Position numbers and translations under genes: made by a program
The notes under the pieces: generated by a model
What the model was told of the DNA's origin: nothing
Databases searched by the model: none
What the model saw: the letters and a program-made list of their open reading frames with translations, nothing else
Part shown: positions 44,821 through 54,591 of the stretch, piece by piece
Position numbering within the stretch: position 1 is the stretch's first letter
Layout of the letters: each line of letters opens with the position of its first letter
From: an uncultured Acidobacteriota bacterium
GTDB taxonomy: Bacteria; Acidobacteriota; UBA6911
Direction of reading: 5' to 3'
NCBI GenBank assembly: GCA_963827655.1
Contig: CAWHCF010000025.1
Coordinates: 1-64,000, forward strand
Length of the DNA stretch: 64,000 nt

Positions 44821-45265
44821 CCACGTGCACGTGCACGTCAACGTCCACGAAGACGTCCAGGACTTGCGTGACGCATTAGAATTTCATCATTTTGGTCAGC
44901 ATCGACACACAATGAGTTCGATGAGCTGACTGCCTTGTTCCAAGATGACGGAAGCTAAGTGCTGCATTGATTTTACGAGGACGGCCACGTGCACGTGCAC
45001 GTCAACGTCCACGAATACGTCCAGGACTTGCGTGACGCATTAGAATTCATCATTTTGGTCAGCATCGACACACGATGAGTTCGACGAGCTGACTCCCTTC
45101 TTCCAAGGTGACGGGAACCTAAGTGCTATTGATTTTACAAGGACGACTACGTGCACGTGCACGTCAACGTCCACGAATACGTCCAGGCTAGCGACGTGCG
45201 CTCAGAATTTGATCATTCTCGTCAGCATCGACACGATGCGTTCAAGGAGTTGACTCCCTTCTTCC
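44821..45265. repeat. Three tandem units of about 163 bp (hexamer tract plus four-helix-bundle 3' end)
   Basis: Units start at 44821, 44985 and 45147 with CACGTGCACGTGCACGTCAACGTCCACGAA-ACGTCCAGG. Confidence 0.92.
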
Positions 45266-45543
45266 AGAGTGGTCGGATCACCCAACCTCAGCACGTTGCA
45301 GGCATCAAGGACTGCTCCACACTCCATGGCTGAGCCTCTGGCAATGCCGAAATATCGCGATCTGTCGGCCTCTTTGGGTTTTCCGACTCCTTCAGCGATA
45401 TTTTGAGGTATCGACACGGCTGCGCGTTTTAGTTCATCAGCCAGGAACGAGTATCCGCGAGGTATTTTTTGAACGATCCTGGCTACGAGGGCGAGAAACT
45501 GAATGGCACACTGATATACGTCTAGTTTCTTATAGCTGAGCAT
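45202..45543 (-). CDS. Four-helix-bundle protein (23S rRNA intervening-sequence/Avd-like family)
   Basis: SYKKLDVYQ, LADELKRAAVSIPQNIAEG and YFGIARGSAMEC; AGGAGG RBS. Confidence 0.92.
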   Translation of the reverse strand: MLSYKKLDVYQCAIQFLALVARIVQKIPRGYSFLADELKRAAVSIPQNIAEGVGKPKEADRSRYFGIARGSAMECGAVLDACNVLRLGDPTTLEEGSQLLERIVSMLTRMIKF

Positions 45544-45605
45544 TCTTTCGCCTCCTGATGTACCTAACTGGCCGGAAGCGATTTTTGCGAACTATTCTAT
45601 GACTG

Positions 45606-45653
45606 AACGTGGACCTGGGCGTGGTCGTTGACGTGCACGTGCGCGTGGTCGTG
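45606..45653. repeat. Inverted copy of the hexamer tract, upstream of the four-helix-bundle gene
   Basis: Reverse complement reads CACGACCACGCGCACGTGCACGTCAACGACCACGCCCAGGTCCACGTT. Confidence 0.85.
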
Positions 45654-45877
45654 ATCGGTTTTTTTCTTTGCCCGGTCGACTGTCACCGAATCCTCCCACT
45701 GCCGCACCGTCGCTGCTAGCAAAGTCGTGCTCGATATGACGTAACGTGGCGTGGTGTGATCGGCTGTTTCTTCACCGGTGGCTGTCCCGAACTCGTCTGC
45801 TAGCCAGTCATGCTCGATATATCAGATCGGTCATTTCACCCCTCCCACGTCTTCGGGGTTTTGAAAGGAAGGTCCTG

Positions 45878-48709
45878 ATGCTCGTCGTGCTTCTGGTTCT
45901 GGCTTCCCTGGCTATCACCCTCCTGAACCAGGCTCCGGTCCAGCCGGCTCGGACGCCCGCCCCCGTTGAGGATGGCACCGTCACCCTGCGAATTATCTTC
46001 GGGCAACAGCAGATTGCCGAGCGCAACTATGACGGGAGTCTCGCGGTCTCCCAGGGTTCTGTGGTGCGCCTGACGCCGTTCCGCTTCTTTCGCGACGATG
46101 CCCTGGCCGGGTCTGACTCCTGGCGCCTGACCCTCAAGCGAGTTCCATTCGAAAGTCGAAGTGGCCGACCTAACAGCCTCGCCAGCGGCGGCCCCGCGCA
46201 GAACATCGTTCCCGCCGGAATTACGGCGACCCTGGCCTCAACCGCCGACACAACGCGCGTCACGGTTCGCACGACCCAGGGAAACTTCGAATTCAGCCTT
46301 CGAGACCTCGGCGCGCGCGCGCTTGATTTCCTTGATGGAGATGTCTCGGTTGAACGGGTTCCCAGCGTCATCAAAATGAACGATCCGGGGACTGAAGAGC
46401 AAAACGACTATCCATCATTCCTGGAATCACGGCGAGGCGAGAAATGGTTCGCCTGGCAAGCCTACAAGGATCGAGGCGACCACATCTACGTGCGCCGCGC
46501 CTCCAAGGCCGGCTGGTCTCCCGTGGAACGCCTTACCGACGAGAAAGGAGATCTGCTGCGAACCGCGCTGGCAGAGGATACCGCGGGAGCGATCCATCTG
46601 GTGTGGAGCGAGCGTCGAGGCGAAGACTGGAACCTCGTGGAACGCCGCTTCGATGGAAAAACCTGGTCGGCGAAATCTGGGGTCACGTCCGGCGCCGGCA
46701 CTAATATCCACCATCGCCTCGCTTCGGACGCGCAGGGCAATCTCCATCTGGTGTGGGTCGGGCACAAGGGTGGAAAATCGTTCGTCGCGCATGCCAGATT
46801 CAGTTCGTCCGGGTGGTCGCAGCCTCAGGATGTGAGTGGACCTGGCGCCTGGTCGCCGGATCTGGGTGTCGACCGCTCAGGGAATGTTTACGTCGCGTGG
46901 GACAGTTATCGCTCCGGCAATTATGACATCTATCTTCGCCGGATCGCTGCGGGCGGTGAGTTGGGCCCGATCGAGCAGGTGACAAAGTCTCCGCGATTTC
47001 AGGCGCACCCGAGCGTCGCTCTCGATAACCTCGATCGGCCATGGCTCGCCTGGGACGAGACCGGCACAAATTGGGGCAAGGACTGGACTCATGAAAACCA
47101 GAATCGAAGCACGGTTCTCTACACCGACCGTAAAGTGGTTCTGGCGGTTCAGGACGGAGGAGAATGGAAACAGCCGAGGGCCGATCCGAATGCATCGGTT
47201 CCAGCCTACTTGCGCCGTTATGTCCACCTGCCGCGCATTCGATTTGATGCAGGAGGGCGTCTCTGGCTCATGGTTCAAAGCCGGACCTTCGTCGGAAACA
47301 ATCGGGAGGATTACTGGGCTGCGAATGCCCGGTGGGACGCATTCGTCACCTCACTCAGCGGAGACAGCTGGCGCCCTGCCATCATGCTTCCTGAGAGCAC
47401 CTGCCGGCTGGAGGGTCCCTTCGATCTCGTTCCCGCGGCGAGCGGAGGCATGAATCTCTTCTGGGCCACCGACAATCGTCCTTTCACGGGAACCGGCGGA
47501 TTCGCCGCAGCCACAGCCGGACAGTACGAAGTCTACTCCAGTCACTCCCGCGAGGACACTGTGCCCAGGGAGCCCCTTTTCGACAAGTTCAGCGAGGCGC
47601 TCGCCGTCCCGGTCCTCGCCCATCCAGACGAGAACGGCGCCGTCGGGCGCGTGCGCAACTACCGCGTGCGCGCTGAAGGGAGGGAGCTGCGCATCCTTCG
47701 AGGCGATTTTCACAGGCACACCGATATCTCCAACGACGGAGCAGGCGACGGCTCGGTGGAAGATTATTTCCGCTACATGATTGACGCGGCCCAGATGGAC
47801 ACCGGCATTATCGGAGACCACAACATGGGGGGCGACATCGAGTACAACTGGTGGCGCACCGAGAAGGCTTGCGATACCTACCATATTCGCGAAGGTTACG
47901 TCCCGCTCTTCGGGTACGAGCGCAGCGTGGCTTATCCGAACGGGCACCGCAACATTGTCTTTGATCATCGAGGCGTTCGTACGCTCCCCGTATCGCCCGA
48001 GGAGAATCAGGGCAAGATCAACACCGGTCCGGTGCTTTATCCTTATTTAAGACAGAACCGAGGGATCTGCATGGAGCACTCGCTCGCTACCGGCCAGGGG
48101 ACCGACTGGCGCGACAATGATCCCGAGCTGGAGCCGCTGGTCGAGCTCTACCAGGGGTACCACGCCAATTACGAATACGAGGGCGCTCCTTTGGCCGAAA
48201 CCCCAAATTACCTGGTGAGCATTCACGGCGCCTACAGGCCCGCCGGGTTCTTCTGGAACGCCCTGGCCAAGGGACTGAAGCTGGGCGTTCAGGCCAGCTC
48301 GGATCACATCTCCACCCACACCTCCTACGCGATGATTCTCACTCCTTCGAGCCGGCGGGCCGATATTGTGCAGTCGATGAGGGAGCGGCATGCCTATGCG
48401 GCTACCGACAATATCATCCTCGATTTCCAGGCGCTCGACGGTGACCGGACCCACATCATGGGAGATATTTTCGAGACTCGCACCAGGAAGGTGCAGTTCA
48501 AGATCCGCATCGTGGGGACCGACACCATCACCCGGATGGACATCATCAAGAACAATACGATTGCATTTACCAGGCAGGGCGACGGCAGTGAGATGACGGT
48601 GGATTATGCGGATACTTCCCCGCGCCCGGGCGAGAACTATTACTACGTCCGGGTCCAGCAGATCGATCGCAATCTGGCGTGGTCCAGCCCGATCTGGGTC
48701 AAGTATTGA
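45878..48709 (+). CDS. Exported beta-propeller plus PHP-type metallohydrolase (DUF3604/CehA-McbA-like)
   Basis: RGDFHRHTDISNDG, DH, GYERS..GHRN, SSDH and AWSSPIWV; ATG at 45878. Confidence 0.8.
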   Translation: MLVVLLVLASLAITLLNQAPVQPARTPAPVEDGTVTLRIIFGQQQIAERNYDGSLAVSQGSVVRLTPFRFFRDDALAGSDSWRLTLKRVPFESRSGRPNSLASGGPAQNIVPAGITATLASTADTTRVTVRTTQGNFEFSLRDLGARALDFLDGDVSVERVPSVIKMNDPGTEEQNDYPSFLESRRGEKWFAWQAYKDRGDHIYVRRASKAGWSPVERLTDEKGDLLRTALAEDTAGAIHLVWSERRGEDWNLVERRFDGKTWSAKSGVTSGAGTNIHHRLASDAQGNLHLVWVGHKGGKSFVAHARFSSSGWSQPQDVSGPGAWSPDLGVDRSGNVYVAWDSYRSGNYDIYLRRIAAGGELGPIEQVTKSPRFQAHPSVALDNLDRPWLAWDETGTNWGKDWTHENQNRSTVLYTDRKVVLAVQDGGEWKQPRADPNASVPAYLRRYVHLPRIRFDAGGRLWLMVQSRTFVGNNREDYWAANARWDAFVTSLSGDSWRPAIMLPESTCRLEGPFDLVPAASGGMNLFWATDNRPFTGTGGFAAATAGQYEVYSSHSREDTVPREPLFDKFSEALAVPVLAHPDENGAVGRVRNYRVRAEGRELRILRGDFHRHTDISNDGAGDGSVEDYFRYMIDAAQMDTGIIGDHNMGGDIEYNWWRTEKACDTYHIREGYVPLFGYERSVAYPNGHRNIVFDHRGVRTLPVSPEENQGKINTGPVLYPYLRQNRGICMEHSLATGQGTDWRDNDPELEPLVELYQGYHANYEYEGAPLAETPNYLVSIHGAYRPAGFFWNALAKGLKLGVQASSDHISTHTSYAMILTPSSRRADIVQSMRERHAYAATDNIILDFQALDGDRTHIMGDIFETRTRKVQFKIRIVGTDTITRMDIIKNNTIAFTRQGDGSEMTVDYADTSPRPGENYYYVRVQQIDRNLAWSSPIWVKY

Positions 48710-48720
48710 CCTTTGGAGTG

Positions 48721-48855
48721 CTTCGAAATGATCAATGACCAGATGACAAATGATCAATGAATCGGACTGCTCGCTCGCCCGGAATTTGTCATCTCTCATC
48801 GATCATTGGTCATATATTCATTTGTCATTCTTGGAATTAGTGACCTTGCCGAGAC
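48721..48855. repeat. Palindromic heptamer-repeat element, copy 2 (inverted relative to copy 1)
   Basis: Reverse complement begins GTCTCGGCAAGGTCACTAATTCCAAGAATGACAAATGA and ends TTGATCATTTCGAAG, as in 32050-32207. Confidence 0.8.
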
Positions 48856-49745
48856 TTTCGTCGACTTCTTTTGAAGTCCGGGTATTCTCGGGGAGCCATA
48901 AGGGCAAGCTTGCTCTGAACCTGAAACGAATTTTGCATTGGTCCAGAATCGAAAAGGTTACACCAGGTCGCGCCTTGTAAAGGGTGAAAAAGAACTAGCC
49001 CACAACCGAAGAATCGCCAGAGGTGAGAGCGGTGCAGATAATATTGCAGCACACTTTTAAGGGATTCCAAGCCATAACGCACGCTGCGTCGGAAATTGAT
49101 GCTGGAGGCTTCACTGAAGTATCGCGCCGGGGCCGGAATGTCGCCGAACCGGAATCCAAAGGCGGCGGCTTGGACGAGAAATTGGCAGTCAAAAACGAAA
49201 TCTTCCGAATTGCGTTGCCAAGGAATTTTCTCTAGGACTTCGCGCGTGTAAGCGCGTAATCCACTATGCCATTCCCCCAGGTTCTGTCCCATGGAAATAT
49301 TTTCCACGGCCGTTAAAAAGCGATTGAACAAATACTTATAAGCCGGCATGCCACCATCCAGCGCTTCACGACGGGTACGAATTCGATTGCCCAAAACGAC
49401 ATCACAGATATCATCCTTCAGCAACCCGGTCATGTAGGGTACAAGCCGAGCATCGTATTGGTAGTCCGGATGGAGCATCACCACGATATCGGCTCCCGCA
49501 TCGAGCGCCGCCTGATAGCATGTTTTTTGATTTCCGCCGTATCCACGATTTTTGTCATGTCGAATGACTTTTAGACCTAAACGTTTTGCAACTTCAACGG
49601 TTTCGTCCCTGGAATAGTCATCGACCAAAATAATTTCATCCACAGAGCCGTGCGGAATATCCGCGACAGTTCTTTCGACTGTTTTCGCCGCGTTGTACGC
49701 CGGCATCACGGCGATGACCTTGGGAGTTACTTTAACTGCTGCCAT
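48837..49745 (-). CDS. Glycosyltransferase family 2 (DPM-synthase-like); 3' end uncertain
   Basis: [28 protein letters not shown] and MLHPDYQY; lower GC than the flanks. Confidence 0.9.
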   Translation of the reverse strand: MAAVKVTPKVIAVMPAYNAAKTVERTVADIPHGSVDEIILVDDYSRDETVEVAKRLGLKVIRHDKNRGYGGNQKTCYQAALDAGADIVVMLHPDYQYDARLVPYMTGLLKDDICDVVLGNRIRTRREALDGGMPAYKYLFNRFLTAVENISMGQNLGEWHSGLRAYTREVLEKIPWQRNSEDFVFDCQFLVQAAAFGFRFGDIPAPARYFSEASSINFRRSVRYGLESLKSVLQYYLHRSHLWRFFGCGLVLFHPLQGATWCNLFDSGPMQNSFQVQSKLALMAPREYPDFKRSRRKSRQGH

Positions 49746-50049
49746 TCTAATCCGTTTTACTTGATTTCCAACATTACTATAACGGTCATCGAACGCATTC
49801 CGGGCTGGACGGACGCACGCCGGAACCGAGCCTTGACGCAGGTCGCTCACCTGCAAGTTTCAGGTCATATCGATGGCAGCAGCATTGTCGCGGACTCAAT
49901 CAAACGCCAATAGCGGCATGAAGCTCCGCATTGGTGAGCGTTAGGCAAGCGAATAAGACTGAGCAATGGCTCAGCGCGTCAGACGAAAGTTAGCCTTTGA
50001 ATAGCCCGGTTTGAATTTGGTTGCCGCGCTTGAAGATCAGAAAATTGAA

Positions 50050-50250
50050 GGATTGCGACAATTCGTCCTGGACGCGTGGATGATGACCGCAAATTCGGAA
50101 TTCGCCAGGAACAGGCTCGGCACTGACACAAGGCGCTTGCCGTCCGGGCTGTAGGCGACGTACGGACCTCGCTTCCATGTCGCAGTGGTTCGCCCATAGC
50201 CTTACCATTCTCGACATCCCAGAGCTGCACGGTCTGCTGTATCCTCGCAA
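50050..50250 (-). pseudogene. Small WD40-repeat remnant
   Basis: QTVQLWDVENGKAMGEPLRHGSEVR, then VAYSPDGKRLVS in a shifted frame. Confidence 0.5.
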
Positions 50251-50554
50251 ACATCTCCACGGTATTGGCTTCACTGCATGCCACTCACTTCCACACTCTT
50301 CCGGATCATCGTCCACTTCCTGGTCAGCCTCGTCTGGTTCGATGGCGTGGCAGCAGGAAAAGGATCCAGCCCCACCGAAGGCAAACCCGCCAAACCCTGG
50401 CATCGTGGCGGCCAGTTCTTCAAACGAATGATCAAGAACCCACTCCAACCACCATCTTCGGCCTGGTCGTGCTGCTGGTCGTATTACGTCTTCTAATCGG
50501 TCTGTTACCGCTGCTCCTGTTCCTGCTGGCAACCTTGATATTCCGATAGCATTA

Positions 50555-52192
50555 TCATGGTATTCGCTTCTCTAGATCAAACACCCGCACACCTTCAATG
50601 TTAATAGGCACTTCCCGATACTGCTGCATGAGCTGTTGCAATTCAGGTTGTGCTTTCCATTCGTCCATTAAGGTGACAATGAAGTAACGTACCTTGACCT
50701 TAGATAACATCTGCTCCAATCGCTCCGCTGCACCAAACACCCGTCCCCCTGGCAATCCCTCGTACCACAAATCCAGTTGCTTCGGCCACCACTGGGCATG
50801 CAGCCCGCTGAAGTAGCGCAGCGGCATCGCATAGTCGTTGGTAAGGGCGATGACGTGCGTGCCGATGCCCAGTTGCTGACCAAGAGATCGACACAGTTGT
50901 TCTTGCGGACGATAAGGGGAGGCTGACAAATAGGGCGAGTAATCATTGCCTGCACGGTGCCAGACGAAACCAAGGTTGGCGAGTAGAAAAGTGGCAAGAG
51001 CTGACGTTACGAGTGCAGCAGACCGGGTACGTTGCATTGAAAAGCGTCTCCATTCCCTGTTCATTTCCTTGTAATTCGATGCATCCTTGTGTGGATACTT
51101 CACTCTCAGAATGGTGTTGTAACACTTCGAAAGCCTACCCCACGCCAGTGCTGTTAAGGGAAAGAACACCAGCAAGTAGTAGTCATGGGTCATGCAGGCA
51201 TAGTTGAATACTGCGAGATAACAAAGACAACCCATAAGAAGAATGATCTCACGAGAATTGCCTCGCCAGGCTTCCCGAAGCGTTACAAAGAGAAGCAACA
51301 AGACAGGCAGCCAGCCTATTACCGACATCAGTTGCAAGCAGGTATCCCGATACCAAGCACTACTGAACAGCAGAAACCATTTCCACTGGTGCGTTTCATT
51401 AGTTGTCATGATGAACTTCATCCAGAGCACACTGGGTATCAGAGTCAGGAAAGGCACAAGGTAAACCCAGGGTGAGTGCAACGTCTTTCGCCAACCGTGT
51501 CGATACACTGATTCGGCAAGCAACACAAAACACCATGGTATCCAGGCCACGCCTGGCTTGAAGAGCAGGGCAGCGCCACAGAAGGCGCCAACAAATAGAC
51601 TTTGCTTGAAGCCAGCAACCACATCCCATCTGCCGATGCACCACCATGCCAGGATGAACCCAAGCAATACAACTGTTTCATGCTGATAGCTTCGATTGAG
51701 AACTAAGGTAAATGTGTGCAAAAGAAGAAAGCACGTTGCTGCAAATGCACCAGCAATCGAATGCAGATGCCGACGTGCCAGATCATAGAAAAAGCCAGTA
51801 GCGGTCATCCAGATCAGGCTCGTGAATAGCCCTGATACCCAGGGCATTTCACGATCAGTCAGCCTGTAGACCGATGCTGTCAAACACTCAACAACCGGTA
51901 GGCCTTTCCATCGCCCTTGATATCCGGACAGCCACGCTCTCTCTTCTGGTGTTGCACTGTTACCTTTGAACTTGAACCAGAGCGCTTGAGTATTCAGCGC
52001 ATTCTCATACTGCAACATCGGATGATACGGCATCGGCCACTGCGTCACGCCCTGCATCCGCCAGGCGAACGCAGCGGCAAAAAGTAGAAGCAGCGAGACG
52101 TAGGGCACCCTGTGCGTGCCTCTCCACATCTTGTGCCCAGCTTGATCAGCCATGTTGATGATCCTGCAATACCATACCATGATGGTTATCAT
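50555..52192 (-). CDS. GT-C fold membrane glycosyltransferase (ArnT/PMT-like)
   Basis: Many TM helices, RSYQHE, ALLFKP and HDYYLL; lower GC than the backbone. Confidence 0.7.
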   Translation of the reverse strand: MITIMVWYCRIINMADQAGHKMWRGTHRVPYVSLLLLFAAAFAWRMQGVTQWPMPYHPMLQYENALNTQALWFKFKGNSATPEERAWLSGYQGRWKGLPVVECLTASVYRLTDREMPWVSGLFTSLIWMTATGFFYDLARRHLHSIAGAFAATCFLLLHTFTLVLNRSYQHETVVLLGFILAWWCIGRWDVVAGFKQSLFVGAFCGAALLFKPGVAWIPWCFVLLAESVYRHGWRKTLHSPWVYLVPFLTLIPSVLWMKFIMTTNETHQWKWFLLFSSAWYRDTCLQLMSVIGWLPVLLLLFVTLREAWRGNSREIILLMGCLCYLAVFNYACMTHDYYLLVFFPLTALAWGRLSKCYNTILRVKYPHKDASNYKEMNREWRRFSMQRTRSAALVTSALATFLLANLGFVWHRAGNDYSPYLSASPYRPQEQLCRSLGQQLGIGTHVIALTNDYAMPLRYFSGLHAQWWPKQLDLWYEGLPGGRVFGAAERLEQMLSKVKVRYFIVTLMDEWKAQPELQQLMQQYREVPINIEGVRVFDLEKRIP

Positions 52193-52219
52193 TCATTGCT
52201 TCCATCACTAATAGCGTCC

Positions 52220-52692
52220 ATGCCCGATACCACCCGCCACATCACGCCAGACGAAGCAGGCCAAACCCTCGCCGCGCTCCTTCGCCGCTGGTCTCCTGAA
52301 CTCACCTGGAACGAGGCTCGGGGCACTGTCGAACGCCGACGAGTCTCCGTGAACGGCAACCTCTGCCTCGATCCCGCCCGGCGGGTCAAAGAGAACGAAG
52401 TCGTCAAGATCACCGCCCATGCCCAAAAAAAGCCGCCCGACCAGGAACAGGTCATCATCCGCCATGTGTCGATCCGTACATTGTCGTGGTTGAGAAGCCT
52501 GCCGGCGTCACCAGCGTTCGCCATCCCGAGAAGACGACTGGCAAGAACGCCGCAAGCAGATTCAGCCGACACTCGATGAGCTGATTCCCAAGGCCATCGC
52601 CCGCACTGAGCATTTCATCCAGCATGGGCCCCGGCGTGGCCATCGTGGCAGCCTGCCCCCGGTGCGTGCCGTGCATCGCCTCGATCGCGATT
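52220..52692 (+). pseudogene. RluA/RluD-family pseudouridine synthase; frameshifted and truncated
   Basis: S4-like RRVSVNG, DPYIVVVEKPAGVTS and RAVHRLDRD, after which similarity is lost abruptly. Confidence 0.8.
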
Positions 52693-53151
52693 GTTCCTAC
52701 CAACAATTCCGTCCAGGCTGAAAATATTGCACTTACGGATTTGGGCTGTTAGCCTCCCCATCTATGTGCCGCGTACTTGTCCCTGCCAAATAGTTCATCC
52801 CTCCCTCCTGTGGGGCGGCTTCGCCCAATTAGCGGGCGGAGGGGAAGGTGTGGAATCCGCAAAATTTGGGCCATCGGAGAGGGCATTGACTTGAAAGCGA
52901 CATGCTCTTCCCGTGTCAGTTGAAACATGAGGTCGGCAGGAAACTTCGATAGGGCAGCTTAATACACGGTAACGTATTCCCGGTCGCTTTTGGGGTGTGC
53001 AATCGTGGTCGCACAAGGCGAAGCAAGCTACCGCGCTTCAAGAGGTCCTTCGACGATCCGCGCATCCGATCCTTGGCGGAGTAAACCCCATTTACAATCA
53101 ACCCCCCAGGATCTACCATAGGGAACGTCCAGAGGGAGGGAGAGATCAGCA

Positions 53152-54462
53152 ATGAATGAAATAGACCGCAGGAAATTCATCGTAAATGGCGCAGGCGCGG
53201 CGCTGGGATTGTCGGTGCTTGGAAAACGGGGATTCAGCGCCAGTCCCAACGGCACCATCCGTGTAGCCGTCGTCGGCGTGAACGGCCGAGGCACGGACCA
53301 CCTGTCCGGCTTTACTCCTTTGAAGGGAGTCGAAGTAGCGGGCATCTGCGATATCGACGAGAACGTCTTGAACAAGCGGCTGGGCGAGTACGAAACTAAG
53401 AACGGCAAGCGCCCCAAAGGCTATAACGACATGCGCCGCGTCTTCGATGACAAAGAGATCGATGTGGTGAGCTTCGCGACGCCTAACCACTGGCACTCGC
53501 TCGGAACCATCTGGGCCTGCCAGGCAGGAAAGGACGTCTACGTAGAAAAACCACTCTCGCATAATATCTGGGAAGGACGGAAACTGGTGGAGGCCTCCCA
53601 GAAGTACAAACGCATCGTTCAGCACGGCACTCAGTGCCGCAGCAGCCAGGCTCTAATCGAAGCGGTGCAAAAGCTGAACCAGGGCGTCATCGGAAAAGTC
53701 TACATGGCGAAAGGCCTTTGCTATAAATGGCGCGACACCATAGGACGCAAGCCTGAGGCTTCTGTTCCCGCCGGCGTAAACTACGACCAGTGGCTCGGAC
53801 CCGCGCCGGCCCGCCCGTTTTCACCCAATCGGTTTCACTACAACTGGCACTGGCATTGGGATACCGGAAATGGCGATATCGGGAACCAGGGCGTGCACCA
53901 GATGGACATCGCGCGCTGGGGACTGGGAGTCGGTCTTCCGCGGCGAGCGCAAGCCATGGGCGATCATTTCATGTTTGATGACGATCAGGAGACGCCGAAT
54001 ACCCAGATCGCCGCCTTTCATTATCCCGAGCAAAAGAAGATGCTGGTCTTCGAGGTCCGTCACTGGATCAGCAATCCCGAGGACATCGGTGGAGAAGACG
54101 GCAGCAATGCCATTGGGGTTATCTTCTATGGCTCCGAAGGGATCATGATCATTCCCAGCTACACGTCGTATAAGACCTTCCTTGGACGCAAACGGGAACC
54201 CGGACCTGCCGCCAAGGCGGGGGGAGATCACTACGGAAACTTCATCGACGCCGTTCGCAGCCGCAAGACCGAAGATCTGAACGCCAACGCCCTCGAGGGG
54301 CACCTGTCTTCGGCCCTGTGCCACATTGCCAACATTGCTTATCGCACGAAGAAGACGCTCGAATTTGATCCCAAGACGGAGAAGTTCCTTAGCGATTCAG
54401 AGGCGAACACGCTTGCCACGCGAAACTATCGCAAGCCGTTCGTCGTGCCAGACAAAGTCTGA
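53152..54462 (+). CDS. Tat-exported Gfo/Idh/MocA-family oxidoreductase
   Basis: DRRKFI, VVGVNGRG, ATPNHWH, GKDVYVEKP and GNQGVHQMDIARW. Confidence 0.93.
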   Translation: MNEIDRRKFIVNGAGAALGLSVLGKRGFSASPNGTIRVAVVGVNGRGTDHLSGFTPLKGVEVAGICDIDENVLNKRLGEYETKNGKRPKGYNDMRRVFDDKEIDVVSFATPNHWHSLGTIWACQAGKDVYVEKPLSHNIWEGRKLVEASQKYKRIVQHGTQCRSSQALIEAVQKLNQGVIGKVYMAKGLCYKWRDTIGRKPEASVPAGVNYDQWLGPAPARPFSPNRFHYNWHWHWDTGNGDIGNQGVHQMDIARWGLGVGLPRRAQAMGDHFMFDDDQETPNTQIAAFHYPEQKKMLVFEVRHWISNPEDIGGEDGSNAIGVIFYGSEGIMIIPSYTSYKTFLGRKREPGPAAKAGGDHYGNFIDAVRSRKTEDLNANALEGHLSSALCHIANIAYRTKKTLEFDPKTEKFLSDSEANTLATRNYRKPFVVPDKV

Positions 54463-54590
54463 CGATTGACGATTGCACGATTGCGGATTTAAAAAATCTG
54501 GTGGCTGTCGATTTGGCGTGACGATTAGTACTCATGAGTCTTCGAAAAACACACCAATCCGCAATCCGAAATCTGCAATCCGCAATTGAA
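54461..54590. repeat. Inverted heptamer tracts (GACGATT/GCGGATT versus AATCCGC) between convergent genes
   Basis: GACGATTGACGATTGCACGATTGCGGATT ... CAATCCGCAATCCGAAATCTGCAATCCGCAAT. Confidence 0.8.
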
Positions 54591-54591
54591 A

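Noticed and set aside
44821-45190. CRISPR array
   Set aside because: The period is about 163 bp, the would-be spacers are homologous to each other, and there are no cas genes.
44821-45543. Diversity-generating retroelement (Avd-like gene plus repeated gene end as TR/VR)
   Set aside because: Differences between the copies and the gene are not adenine-specific and are often synonymous, and there is no reverse transcriptase in the window.
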